Source: Nitrosopumilus sp.
GTDB lineage: Archaea > Thermoproteota > Nitrososphaeria > Nitrososphaerales > Nitrosopumilaceae
Direction of reading: 5' to 3'
NCBI GenBank assembly: GCA_965223425.1
Contig: OZ245003.1
Span: 64,001-128,000, forward strand
DNA length: 64,000 bases
The notes under the pieces are model-generated. The model was not told where the DNA came from, searched no databases, and worked only from the letters and a program-made list of their open reading frames with translations. Below, in pieces: positions 8,904-18,580 of this stretch. The position numbers and the translations under genes were made by a program. The stretch's first letter is position 1. Every line of letters starts with the position of its first letter.

Positions 8904-9446
8904 ATGGTTGGAGATATGAAAGTTGTAGTTATTTCCGGAAGTCCAAGAAAGAATGCCCTCACACAAGTTGTAATGAAGTATGTCTATGAATATACCAAAT
9001 CAAAAAATCAAGATACAAAGTTGATCAACCTGTCAGATGGTCAAATTGAATGTTACAGAGGACCTGATGAGGAATACAATGAAGCTACAAAGAATGCAAC
9101 AAATGACATAATGGATGCTGATGTTTGGCTAATAGGATCACCAATCTATAATTCATTTTTTAGTTCTGCATTAAAAAATTTGTTCGAGTATGTCAATTAT
9201 AAAAAAACTGAAGGGAAAGTAGCAGGAATGGCGATTTTAGCCGCAGGAAATATTGGATTTATAGATGTCCAGACATTAATCACGCAGTTGCTGTCATACT
9301 TTAGAGTGGTGACAAATCCCAAGGCTGTATTTTTAACCACAGAATCCGTTTCTGACAATTCTATTGCCGATGCAGATGCTCAAAGCAGACTAGAAGAGAT
9401 GGTGGATGAAACTTTGAAAATCGCTTCTAAATTACAGCAAGACTAG
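8904..9446 (+). CDS. NAD(P)H-dependent FMN reductase
   Basis: VISGSPRK, GSPIYNSFFSSALKN flavodoxin-like motifs. Confidence 0.9.
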   Translation: MVGDMKVVVISGSPRKNALTQVVMKYVYEYTKSKNQDTKLINLSDGQIECYRGPDEEYNEATKNATNDIMDADVWLIGSPIYNSFFSSALKNLFEYVNYKKTEGKVAGMAILAAGNIGFIDVQTLITQLLSYFRVVTNPKAVFLTTESVSDNSIADADAQSRLEEMVDETLKIASKLQQD

Positions 9447-9748
9447 AATGCAGATATCAAGCAGGATTTTAACAGCATAGAAATTTTAAAAATATTGTCA
9501 GCTTGTTTCCCAAGGTGTTCTTCAAGAATCATCATGTTCGCAACAACTATCAAGAGTTTGAATAAAATAAATTATTTTAATGGTTTTAAGAACATGGTTT
9601 TAAATTAAAATATAATATCACCGAATTACCATGTAATTCCCAGAAAAATAATGTTTCAGGTGGTACATATTCATACTTGGAATAAAGTCTGTTCAAATTT
9701 ATCATGTGCAAGCTGAAAAAGACAAATAGTAACATAATGTAAAAAATT

Positions 9749-9874
9749 ATGCTATTGAGCTTAAAGGAAGACCCAACTGAATTGTGTTCGTGTAAATGCC
9801 ATTTTGGTGGTGCTGTAAGTTGTCCTAGCTGTAAGGACAGTCATGGCATAGCATGTTCTCATTGTGAAGATTAG
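9749..9874 (+). CDS. 41-aa Cys/His-rich small protein
   Basis: Read manually: MLLSLKEDPTELCSCKCHFGGAVSCPSCKDSHGIACSHCED. Confidence 0.5.
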   Translation: MLLSLKEDPTELCSCKCHFGGAVSCPSCKDSHGIACSHCED

Positions 9875-9876
9875 AG

Positions 9877-10356
9877 TTATTTACTCCTAGTTTTTCGTTC
9901 AGAAGCTAACATTTTCAGATTAGCTAGTTCGGTTTTTAACGATTCAATCTGGACAAGAGTTTGTAAATTAGAAATTTCTTGATTCAGCCGTTCAATTTCA
10001 CTATCTTTTAGTTTTACAGATTCTTTTATGTCGCTTAGTTCAGAAGACAGTTCATTTTGAATTTGTTTTATTTCTGAAATAGTATTTTGTTTACTTGTTG
10101 TGGTTACAATAGTTTGTGTATTACTCAAGCTTTTTTTTTCGTTATTGGCATGCTCTGGTGCGTGTGTGTGCATATAATCAGTACTTTTCTGAGCTAACCA
10201 ACACATCAACGTAAGAAACCATGTAATGGAGACCGCCATCAGGAATACAAAATTCAATATCGGTGCAAAATCAACAAAGTATGGCCAAAGTCCTGTTAGA
10301 ACAGCGGCAAAGATGCCGGTTGTTATTGTTGCTAAGTGATTTCTTAAATACCCCAC
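9877..10356 (-). CDS. Membrane protein with C-terminal coiled coil
   Basis: Two hydrophobic helices followed by a heptad-rich tail. Confidence 0.7.
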   Translation of the reverse strand: MGYLRNHLATITTGIFAAVLTGLWPYFVDFAPILNFVFLMAVSITWFLTLMCWLAQKSTDYMHTHAPEHANNEKKSLSNTQTIVTTTSKQNTISEIKQIQNELSSELSDIKESVKLKDSEIERLNQEISNLQTLVQIESLKTELANLKMLASERKTRSK

Positions 10357-10439
10357 AAATTATTTGAAAAAATCATTGTTTATAACAGTAATGCTAAAAA
10401 TCAAAAAATAATATAATTAAAAAGAAAAAAAGGCTGAAT

Positions 10440-10670
10440 TTATTCGTCTTTCTCAGAGGCAGTGGCTGCTTTAGGCATGTCAGATTGTAGAATTTGGATC
10501 TTTTGTATTAATTCAGTTCTCAAATCTCCTGCAACTCTCCTTACAGTTGGTCTTGGAACGCCAAGCTTGTCAACTACTTTGGTATAGATATCCTGTTTGT
10601 CTGTAACCCCTTTGTCAAGATAAGAATTAATCGCTTCTTTAATTACCGTGCTTTGGTTTGTACGATTCAA
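10440..10670 (-). CDS. Small HTH-like hypothetical protein
   Basis: DIYTKVVDKLGVPRPTVRRVAGDL HTH-like segment. Confidence 0.65.
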   Translation of the reverse strand: MNRTNQSTVIKEAINSYLDKGVTDKQDIYTKVVDKLGVPRPTVRRVAGDLRTELIQKIQILQSDMPKAATASEKDE

Positions 10671-10912
10671 TGAATTCTAAACTTTATTTGTTCTATATAA
10701 GACTATAACTTTTTGATCTCTAAAATGTCATATAAAAAAAATTCAGATTTTTTTAATTTATACAAGACTGATTTTTCAAAGTCTTCAATTGTAAATTTAT
10801 CAACGAAAAACGTATTGATAGTTATGGATTTTTCAAAATACTTAAAGTATCTATAAAAAATTTTTACCGGGATTTTCGCAAAAGACTCTTATGATAAGAT
10901 ATCAGATTAATT

Positions 10913-11392
10913 TTGATGGGTACGATAAACATTGAAACTAATTTTGGAAAGATTTCTTTTAACCTCATACCTGAATTGGCGCCAGAAACGGTCAGAAATT
11001 TTGAAAAATTAGCAAAAGACGGATTTTATGATGGTACTCTTTTCCACAGAGTTGTTCCTGGATTTATGATTCAGGGGGGCGATCCAAATACAAAAACTGA
11101 CAACAAAGGTTCGTGGGGAATGGGAGGGCCAGGATACAGTATCAAGGCTGAATTTAGCTCAAGGTCTCATCTGCGAGGCATGGTTTCTATGGCTAGATCG
11201 CAAGATCCGGACAGCGCAGGCTCACAATTTTTCATTGTAACCTCAGATAGTACGTTTCTGGACAGACAGTATACGGTGTTTGGTGAGGTGACAGAAGGCA
11301 TGGATATTGCAGACAAAATTGTAAATCTTGAAAGAGATGATAATGACTGTCCTTTAGAAAAAGCACAAATGATTCGTGTAGCTGTGGAATAA
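10913..11392 (+). CDS. Cyclophilin-type peptidyl-prolyl isomerase
   Basis: FHRVVPGFMIQGGDP, SAGSQFFI, YTVFGEV. Confidence 0.95.
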   Translation: MMGTINIETNFGKISFNLIPELAPETVRNFEKLAKDGFYDGTLFHRVVPGFMIQGGDPNTKTDNKGSWGMGGPGYSIKAEFSSRSHLRGMVSMARSQDPDSAGSQFFIVTSDSTFLDRQYTVFGEVTEGMDIADKIVNLERDDNDCPLEKAQMIRVAVE

Positions 11393-12289
11393 ATGAATGC
11401 AAAAGATTTTGGATTTTTATCAATTCTGTTGGTCGTGTCTGTTGTTCCTGTGGCTGACGCACAGATCTCAATTGGTGAGAAAGCTGAACAAAAATCCATA
11501 GATGTCATTATTAATGCAGTTGGAGATGTACATGTCAAACATGTCATCAATTCATCAATTTTACCAAAACAGGTTGAATTGATTGAAGGTCAAGTTTCAA
11601 ATCTTTCAGTAACAAACGAACAAGGAGAAGACAAACAGTTTTCAGTCATTGGAGAGAATGAAGGGGTACTAATTTTGCCTTCAGAATTAGATTCTATTAT
11701 AGAATACGATCTTAATGGCGTACTTTCTCAAAAAGACAATGTATGGACATGGAGTTTCCGATATCTTGAATCAACCACTTTTATTTTTCCTGAACAGGTT
11801 GACTTGATTTTTTCTAATGAAAGCCCTGTTTATTTGGATAACAAGAAAGGAATTGCCTGTCACGGATGTCAGATGCTGTTAGAATATTCCATCGATGAGC
11901 CAAAAATATTTGAGAATGTGAAATGGGAAGATAATGAATTTGTAGTAGAAATTAGAAGTCATTCCAATATTGATAAATTCGTTTTTGATCAACCAACAAA
12001 GAGTATTACTTTTGAGATTTCTGATAAAAGCAAGTATGTCACCGCGATAATTCCATTGGAGTTGTTAGGGCAGCCATATACTGCATTTCTTGATGATAAA
12101 AAAATATTTTATCACGAATATATCAATAATGGAACTCATGTTTGGCTTAACATGAAACCTGATACAGCAGGGAAGATCACAGTTATAGGAACTACAGTCA
12201 TTCCCGAATTTCCAATGGTTGCTCCATTGGCAATAGGATTTTTAATGATTTTTGTCATGCCATTAATAAGAAAATTTAATCTCCGCTAG
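11393..12289 (+). CDS. Surface protein with PEF(G)-CTERM sorting signal
   Basis: Signal peptide; C-terminal VIPEFP + TM helix + basic tail. Confidence 0.8.
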   Translation: MNAKDFGFLSILLVVSVVPVADAQISIGEKAEQKSIDVIINAVGDVHVKHVINSSILPKQVELIEGQVSNLSVTNEQGEDKQFSVIGENEGVLILPSELDSIIEYDLNGVLSQKDNVWTWSFRYLESTTFIFPEQVDLIFSNESPVYLDNKKGIACHGCQMLLEYSIDEPKIFENVKWEDNEFVVEIRSHSNIDKFVFDQPTKSITFEISDKSKYVTAIIPLELLGQPYTAFLDDKKIFYHEYINNGTHVWLNMKPDTAGKITVIGTTVIPEFPMVAPLAIGFLMIFVMPLIRKFNLR

Positions 12290-12431
12290 AACCACATGAA
12301 CAAAAACCATATTCATCAATCCTCACGTTGCAAATTGGGCATTTTTCACCATAATCCACTTCCCACGGTTCCTTTCCAAAAAGTTTGAAATGATCATCAA
12401 TTTCCAGTGGGACGTCTCTTTTCTTTTCCAA
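12276..12431 (-). CDS. 51-aa zinc-ribbon small protein
   Basis: Read manually (TTG start): MEKKRDVPLEIDDHFKLFGKEPWEVDYGEKCPICNVRIDEYGFCSCGSSGD. Confidence 0.6.
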   Translation of the reverse strand: MEKKRDVPLEIDDHFKLFGKEPWEVDYGEKCPICNVRIDEYGFCSCGSSGD

Positions 12432-12479
12432 TGATTTGTATGGGCATTACAACTATACATACATTATCGGAGAAAAATT

Positions 12480-12671
12480 ATGAAGATTGAATGCGGTTGT
12501 CATTGTATAAAATGTAAGAGTATAGATCTTGAATCAAATAGAATTGGAGATGTTGAGAGAGACGGATATTTCAGCATGCACCACACCTGTAATCAATGTA
12601 ATACGCATTTTGATCATTTGGATGGGGAGACATTTTCTAATTGTGAAAAATGTAATTATTTTTCTAGTTAG
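12480..12671 (+). CDS. Small Cys-rich zinc-finger protein
   Basis: CxCxCxxC, CxxC, CxxC in 63 aa. Confidence 0.7.
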   Translation: MKIECGCHCIKCKSIDLESNRIGDVERDGYFSMHHTCNQCNTHFDHLDGETFSNCEKCNYFSS

Positions 12672-13149
12672 CTGCTAATGGTTCTTCGACAAAATAGCGA
12701 GTTCTATTTTCATCGGAATTTTTCATAATTTCTTTGTTTGATGCCATTTTTGCCAAAGCCTTTGATACGTCTAATGGACCTGCGGCCCAACCATATTCTC
12801 TGAGTTGTTGAACAGTTTCGGTAACTGTTCTTGGTGAATCAAAGAATCTACTTGTTTCTAAAATTCTTAATTTTGATTTAATTTCATGGGAGGCAATGTA
12901 TTTTGGTTCATTAAATTCTGGTTCATATGCTTCAGCGTCGTCTAGGTATTCCAAGCCATGTTGGGCCAAGTCTTCAGAATTAGTTGATTTTGTAGGAGAT
13001 TCGGCCTCGTAGACAATTTTAGCATGGCTTTCTGGTAGATGGTGTGAGATATTTTCTATAATTTCACCAATTGTCTGATTATCAACATAGAAATCTCTAG
13101 AGTCAACTTCAATCTCATTTTCTCCAAGTTTGAGCTTAATTCTAGCCAA
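12664..13149 (-). CDS. Hypothetical protein with C-terminal winged helix
   Basis: FFDSPRTVTETVQQLREYGW...VSKALAKM wHTH-like segment. Confidence 0.7.
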   Translation of the reverse strand: MARIKLKLGENEIEVDSRDFYVDNQTIGEIIENISHHLPESHAKIVYEAESPTKSTNSEDLAQHGLEYLDDAEAYEPEFNEPKYIASHEIKSKLRILETSRFFDSPRTVTETVQQLREYGWAAGPLDVSKALAKMASNKEIMKNSDENRTRYFVEEPLAAN

Positions 13150-13274
13150 TGAGCAATAATCACCTGATTTTGATTTATTTTGTTAGCTCTAAGGAGGTTT
13201 AAGATTAGATCAAAACTTTTACACAACTTATTTGGATTTTTTTCCTTTTGAGTTAAAATATAGTTTTACAAGTA

Positions 13275-13727
13275 TTGACCATGAATTCATCCAAAAAAAG
13301 AGGCTTGATCGTACTCTTTGTGCTAGGCATGAGTATTTTTGGATATTCACAATATGCATCAGCATCACAAATTGGGGTGAGTGTCACTCAAAGTGAATTA
13401 TTGCACGAAAATGAAAGAGGTTCAGATTATAACATAGAATTACAATTTCAAAATCCTTCATTGCTGATACTAACTGCCGGTGAAACCAAATTCTTTGTCA
13501 TTAATAATGATAAAATGGTAGGAGAAGGCCAGTTAGAACCATTCACGTTGCGCCCGTTAGATAACAGCTACGTTAAGGGTACTTTCCATACAGATTCTAA
13601 CATGGATGAAGAATCTCAATCTGTAAAAATTACAGGAACAACAAAGTATGATGTATTCTTTACATCTTTGGATGTTCCATTTGTTTACTATCCAACTGAA
13701 GAACAGGCAAGAGAATTTATACATTAA
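13275..13727 (+). CDS. Membrane-anchored LEA14-like hypothetical protein
   Basis: N-terminal TM helix, FQNPS motif, beta-rich body. Confidence 0.6.
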   Translation: MTMNSSKKRGLIVLFVLGMSIFGYSQYASASQIGVSVTQSELLHENERGSDYNIELQFQNPSLLILTAGETKFFVINNDKMVGEGQLEPFTLRPLDNSYVKGTFHTDSNMDEESQSVKITGTTKYDVFFTSLDVPFVYYPTEEQAREFIH

Positions 13728-13744
13728 AATTAGTTTCTTTTTAA

Positions 13745-14638
13745 ATGCTTACTGTTTTTGGCTCTGTCGCATTAGATACAATTAGAACCCCAAAAAAAAC
13801 ATTAAGGAATGTTCTCGGAGGAGCGGCAACTTTTGCAGCAATTTCCGCAAGTAATTTTGTAAATACTGGATTGCTAGCAGTTGTTGGAAAAGATTTTCCA
13901 AAACAACATCATAAAGTTTTATCCAGATACTTGGATTTGGAGGGATTGACCATCAAAGATGGTAAGACATTTCGCTATGATGGAAAATATGACAATACAC
14001 TTAGCACAAGATCTACTTTGAAGACTGAGCTAAATGTACTTGCGGATTTTAAAGCAACTGTTCCTGAAGCTTATAGAAAATCACAGTTTGTGTATCTTGC
14101 AAACAATGATCCTGAACAAAATATTTCAGTAATTAAAGAATTTGACAGGGTAAAGTTTTCTATGTGTGATACCATAGACTTTTGGATATCTACAAAACGG
14201 GAGACGGTAATTAAGATGATAAAATCTGTTGATGCAGTCGTAATAAATGATGAAGAGGCCAAACTTCTAACAAAAGAGTTCAACTTGATTAAATGTGCAA
14301 AAAAAATGATGCAGTGGGGGGCAAAATATGTGATTATCAAGAAGGGAGAGCACGGTTCCCTGATGTTTTATGACGATGTAATTTTTCCAACCGTAGGATT
14401 TTCGTTGGAAGATGTGGTAGATCCTACCGGCGCAGGTGATTCTTTTGCAGGAGCAATGATTGGATATCTGGCAGACAAAAAATCAACTAGCCAATCTGAG
14501 ATTAAGAAGGCAGTCGTTTATGGAAATGTTCTAGGATCCTTTGCAGTTGAAAGATATGGTTTGGGGGGATTACTGAAAACCAAAAAGAGCGATATTGCAA
14601 AAAGAGTCAAGATGTATGAAAAAATGATCAGGTTCTAA
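13745..14638 (+). CDS. PfkB-family carbohydrate kinase
   Basis: GGAATF and DPTGAGDSFAG signatures. Confidence 0.93.
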   Translation: MLTVFGSVALDTIRTPKKTLRNVLGGAATFAAISASNFVNTGLLAVVGKDFPKQHHKVLSRYLDLEGLTIKDGKTFRYDGKYDNTLSTRSTLKTELNVLADFKATVPEAYRKSQFVYLANNDPEQNISVIKEFDRVKFSMCDTIDFWISTKRETVIKMIKSVDAVVINDEEAKLLTKEFNLIKCAKKMMQWGAKYVIIKKGEHGSLMFYDDVIFPTVGFSLEDVVDPTGAGDSFAGAMIGYLADKKSTSQSEIKKAVVYGNVLGSFAVERYGLGGLLKTKKSDIAKRVKMYEKMIRF

Positions 14639-14670
14639 AAAGATTTAAATCAATTATTTCTAAAATTAAT

Positions 14671-15024
14671 TTGTCATTGTCACAAGAAATTACTGAAGAC
14701 CGATTAGTCGCTATATTCAAACTTCAAAAAGGTCTATCAGAAATGATGAAGCTTGATAGATATCCTAAAGACTCTGAAGGCAGGGTTTCTGCCTTGTCTA
14801 CTGCAATTATGCATGAAGCAGTAGAACTTCAAAGAACTACAAATTGGAAATGGTGGAAGACGCCAACTGAGTTTAATGAGGCTGAAGCAAGAGAGGAATT
14901 AATTGATATATGGCATTTTGTCGTTCAGGCATCACTTGAGCTTAATCTTACGCCAGATGACATTGTAGATGAATACAAAAAGAAGAATGAGATTAATCGA
15001 GAAAGGCAGAGAAATGGATACTAG
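14671..15024 (+). CDS. Dimeric (all-alpha) dUTPase
   Basis: HEAVEL, WKWWK, EELIDIWHF motifs. Confidence 0.88.
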   Translation: MSLSQEITEDRLVAIFKLQKGLSEMMKLDRYPKDSEGRVSALSTAIMHEAVELQRTTNWKWWKTPTEFNEAEAREELIDIWHFVVQASLELNLTPDDIVDEYKKKNEINRERQRNGY

Positions 15025-15497
15025 TAGAATCGAATTTTTTTCACTATTGTTTCAAAATTAGATTCATTGATTAGATTTACAAGAGCAACTTTATTTTGAA
15101 AATATTGTATCTGGGGTTTAGAAACGGTAAGATATGGATCCGGACTGGTTGAATTAATTATTTTGTTGTTTTTATCAACTCCATTTTTGTGTAACTCAAA
15201 CAATGAATGGCCAGATTTGTGTCCCCAGACATCTTTTCCACAGACGATGAGGGTGTTTATTTTTTGATTTTTATTTACATGTTTAATAATTGAATCAATG
15301 CCTTTGTTCTCAGAAAGCAGCCTGCCCACTATTGAAATATGATTCAGGACTTTGGAATTTGCAAATTTTTTGAGTAAATCCATACTTGAAAGTGTACACA
15401 CTGCCATTGATGAATTAGGATTTCCAGAATATGATTCCTCAGGAATGGGCAAAACAGCCTTGCATAATTCCCCAACTGCCTCACCTATAGCATTCAC
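15021..15497 (-). CDS. MtrA-like corrinoid-binding protein
   Basis: AVCTLSS, ENKGID, VCGKDVWGHKSGHSL (MtrA corrinoid His motif). Confidence 0.85.
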   Translation of the reverse strand: MNAIGEAVGELCKAVLPIPEESYSGNPNSSMAVCTLSSMDLLKKFANSKVLNHISIVGRLLSENKGIDSIIKHVNKNQKINTLIVCGKDVWGHKSGHSLFELHKNGVDKNNKIINSTSPDPYLTVSKPQIQYFQNKVALVNLINESNFETIVKKIRFY

Positions 15498-16576
15498 AAT
15501 ATATCACGCATGGTTTTGGCAATAAATTCAATATTTTTTTGAGTTACTTTTGGATGAATTGGCAAAGAAACAACATGAGATGCGGCCCAATCAGTAACAG
15601 GAAGTTTGGTTTTTAATTTGTAAAATGGGGTTTTATGAACTGGTGTAGGATAGTAAGATGCGGCACCAATTCCTTTTTTGCTAAATTCCTTTAAGAGTTT
15701 ACCACGTTTTTCAGTGGCAATGGTGTAAAGATACCAATTAATATTTTCATTTTTTCTTTGATGAGGAAGTTTTATTTTAAGATCAGAAATTAGCTGTGAC
15801 AAAAGTTTTGCGTTGTTTTTTCTGGACTTTAGAAATTTTGGAAGTTTTTTCATTTGGATGTCTGCAATTGCAGCGTTAATTTCAGGCAATCGCAAATTTA
15901 GGCCAAATGTTTGAGAATCATGTCCATATACCATTCCATGATTTCTAATCATCAGTAATTTGTCTCGGAGTTTTTTGTTGTCAGTAACAATAAAACCACC
16001 TTCTCCAGATGTCATAACTTTTGCAGGATACATACTATAGCACCCCATTTCAAAGAAAGTACCAGTGTGTCTTCCTTTGTAGGTGGAACCTAAAGATTGT
16101 GCTGAATCTTCGATGATTGGCATATTGTGTTTTTTAGAAATTTCAGACAATCTCTCCACATATGCTACGTTTCCATAAAGATGAACTGGAATAATAGCAC
16201 GGGTTTTTTTTGTTATCTTCTTTTCTAAATGATTTGGGTTTATAGTATAATTGTCTTTTAGAATATCAACAAAAACGGGTTTTGCTCCTGTTGAAACAAT
16301 AGCATTTGCAGTAGCAACAAAGGTAAAAGACGGAACTAGAACTTCATCGCCTTTTTTGATATCTAATGCATAAAGAGCAGCCTGTAAGGCAGCAGTGCCA
16401 GAATTGACAGCAATAGCGTATTTTGATTTTACAAAAGAAGTTACAGATTTTTCAAAAGCTTGGACATGTTTGCCTCCTTGATTAGCAGATGAGGTTAAAG
16501 CACCATCTCTAAGAATAGAGGTGACTGCGGAGATCTCTTCTTTGCCTACAATAGGAACGTTAATCGCGATTTTCAA
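15494..16576 (-). CDS. DegT/DnrJ/EryC1/StrS PLP aminotransferase
   Basis: NSGTAAL, FTFVATAN, EDSAQ, SMYPAKVMTSGEGG. Confidence 0.93.
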   Translation of the reverse strand: MKIAINVPIVGKEEISAVTSILRDGALTSSANQGGKHVQAFEKSVTSFVKSKYAIAVNSGTAALQAALYALDIKKGDEVLVPSFTFVATANAIVSTGAKPVFVDILKDNYTINPNHLEKKITKKTRAIIPVHLYGNVAYVERLSEISKKHNMPIIEDSAQSLGSTYKGRHTGTFFEMGCYSMYPAKVMTSGEGGFIVTDNKKLRDKLLMIRNHGMVYGHDSQTFGLNLRLPEINAAIADIQMKKLPKFLKSRKNNAKLLSQLISDLKIKLPHQRKNENINWYLYTIATEKRGKLLKEFSKKGIGAASYYPTPVHKTPFYKLKTKLPVTDWAASHVVSLPIHPKVTQKNIEFIAKTMRDIL

Positions 16577-16643
16577 TAGTAATTCTGTTTATAACTAGTC
16601 TATAAATCCCGTTGAGGATACATGAATTTTTATATTTCAAAAT

Positions 16644-17231
16644 TTGGCAAACGGCATAATGAAACCACGTCATCTTGAAAAAACAGATACAGGCTACAAA
16701 GTTTATCTGTATATTTTCTATGTTTGTGCTTTCATAATGTTGGCATCATTTGCTTTTGGTGTTTATGTAACAATGATAGAATGGATGGAAAACGGAATTT
16801 ATGTAATGGGTGAAGCAATCCATAACACAGCTATTCCTTTTGAAAATTTTGCAAGAATATCAACTTGGATATTTTTTTCTACCATAATTGGATGGTATTG
16901 TGTTTCTAGAATCGGTTGGAGAAGAACAGCTGGAAACAAGATTGTTGGAACAAAGATGGCATTACTTCAGCTAATGTTACTAGGATTTTCAATTATTGCG
17001 CTCTATGAGGTGTTATACAATTTTACAGTATTGAATGCACAGATAGCTGCTGGAACTGTTAATGGAGTAGTTCCAGATATTGACAGGCTATCAGTTGCAT
17101 ATCCAGATTCTGATAGGCCATGGAATTTGGTTTTTGCAACCAAAGTATTCCTAGCATCTTTTATCATTAGTACTCATGCATTTTATCTAAGTATAAAACC
17201 TAGAAAAAGCTTAGATGAGCCAGAAATATAA
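16644..17231 (+). CDS. Four-helix membrane protein
   Basis: Four hydrophobic segments. Confidence 0.75.
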   Translation: MANGIMKPRHLEKTDTGYKVYLYIFYVCAFIMLASFAFGVYVTMIEWMENGIYVMGEAIHNTAIPFENFARISTWIFFSTIIGWYCVSRIGWRRTAGNKIVGTKMALLQLMLLGFSIIALYEVLYNFTVLNAQIAAGTVNGVVPDIDRLSVAYPDSDRPWNLVFATKVFLASFIISTHAFYLSIKPRKSLDEPEI

Positions 17232-17297
17232 CCGATCAGAAATTTTTAGTGGTTTTATCTAAAAACTATTTTTTCTAGTATGTGATATACTTTCATT

Positions 17298-17486
17298 ATG
17301 GGATTATTTGGAACCAGTAAAAATGAATTAAAATGTAAAAAATGTGGTACGGTTTTACCAGATTCTGATAGACTGAAGAGACATCAGGAGAAAGCACATA
17401 ATAGGAAAAAAGAGAAATGTCGAGTTTGTGGAACTGAGTTTAATACTCAAGATGATTTAAGAAAGCATAAGAAAAATTGCAAGTAA
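17298..17486 (+). CDS. C2H2 zinc-finger protein
   Basis: CKKC...HQEKAH and CRVC...HKKNC. Confidence 0.8.
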   Translation: MGLFGTSKNELKCKKCGTVLPDSDRLKRHQEKAHNRKKEKCRVCGTEFNTQDDLRKHKKNCK

Positions 17487-17533
17487 ATGTTTAGAATAAC
17501 TTTATAGGCTTAGATCTTAAAAGTTGTTTTGAT

Positions 17534-18580
17534 TTGGATATTACAGAAAAGGTAAAGTTGGTCGAGAGGCCGCCAACTGAGGAAGCAGTAACACATGATG
17601 AATTAACTGAATTATTCAAGATAAATTCTTCACCAAAACATTACATTGGTTTAGAAATTTCTGGATTTTTACATCTTGGCAGTTTAATTAACACTGGTTT
17701 CAAAATTAATGATTTCGTAAAGGCGGGCATCAAATGCACAATTTTTCTTGCAGATTGGCATACTCTGATTAATGATAAACTAGGTGGAGATTGGGAGACC
17801 ATCTCAAAAGTTTCAAAATATTACCAAGATGCGTTCAAAATTGTTTGTCCGCATGCAGAAATTGTTTTAGGATCAAAATTGTATGAAGAAAAAACTGAAT
17901 ACTGGTCTGAGCTTGTTAGATTTACAAAACACATGTCTCTAGCTAGAACAATGAGAACTCTCACAATTATGGGACGTTCTGAAAACGAAGAAAAAATTGA
18001 TGTAGCAAAATTACTTTATCCTGCAATGCAAGCAGTGGATATTCATTCATTGGATGTAGATATTGCACATGCAGGAATGGATCAAAGAAAAATCCACATG
18101 TTAGTAAGAGAAGTTTTTCCCAAAATGAAATGGAAAGTTCCTGTTGCTGTTCATCACAAACTATTACCAGGACTTTCAAAACCTGCAGATTCCAGCGATT
18201 CTAAGATTGTAGGAAAAATGAGCAAGTCAGATCCAAATTCAGGTATTTTTATTCACAATACAGATGAGGAGATAAAGAAAAAGATTAGCAGAGCATGGTG
18301 TGAAGAAGCAAATACACAGAATAACCCATTATTAGAGATGGCAAGAACTGTGATTTTTCATGAATTTGATGAGATGAGTGTTGAGAGACCAGAGAAATTT
18401 GGTGGGAATGTATCGTATGCTAACTATAATCAGCTAGAAACAGATTTTGCTGAAAAGAAACTACATCCTGGAGATTTGAAACAAACTGTTGGAGATTATT
18501 TAGTAAAGATAGTTTCTCCGATTAGAGATAAGCTGAATCTTAGTGAAGAATTACATGAAACAATAAAGAAGAGCTTTTAG
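17534..18580 (+). CDS. tyrS: Tyrosine-tRNA ligase (archaeal type)
   Basis: HLGS, YPAMQAVD, AGMDQRKIH, KMSKS. Confidence 0.95.
   Translation: MDITEKVKLVERPPTEEAVTHDELTELFKINSSPKHYIGLEISGFLHLGSLINTGFKINDFVKAGIKCTIFLADWHTLINDKLGGDWETISKVSKYYQDAFKIVCPHAEIVLGSKLYEEKTEYWSELVRFTKHMSLARTMRTLTIMGRSENEEKIDVAKLLYPAMQAVDIHSLDVDIAHAGMDQRKIHMLVREVFPKMKWKVPVAVHHKLLPGLSKPADSSDSKIVGKMSKSDPNSGIFIHNTDEEIKKKISRAWCEEANTQNNPLLEMARTVIFHEFDEMSVERPEKFGGNVSYANYNQLETDFAEKKLHPGDLKQTVGDYLVKIVSPIRDKLNLSEELHETIKKSF

Noticed and set aside
15021-15497. Evidence of methanogenesis
   Set aside because: Isolated MtrA domain with no other mtr or mcr genes in a thaumarchaeal context
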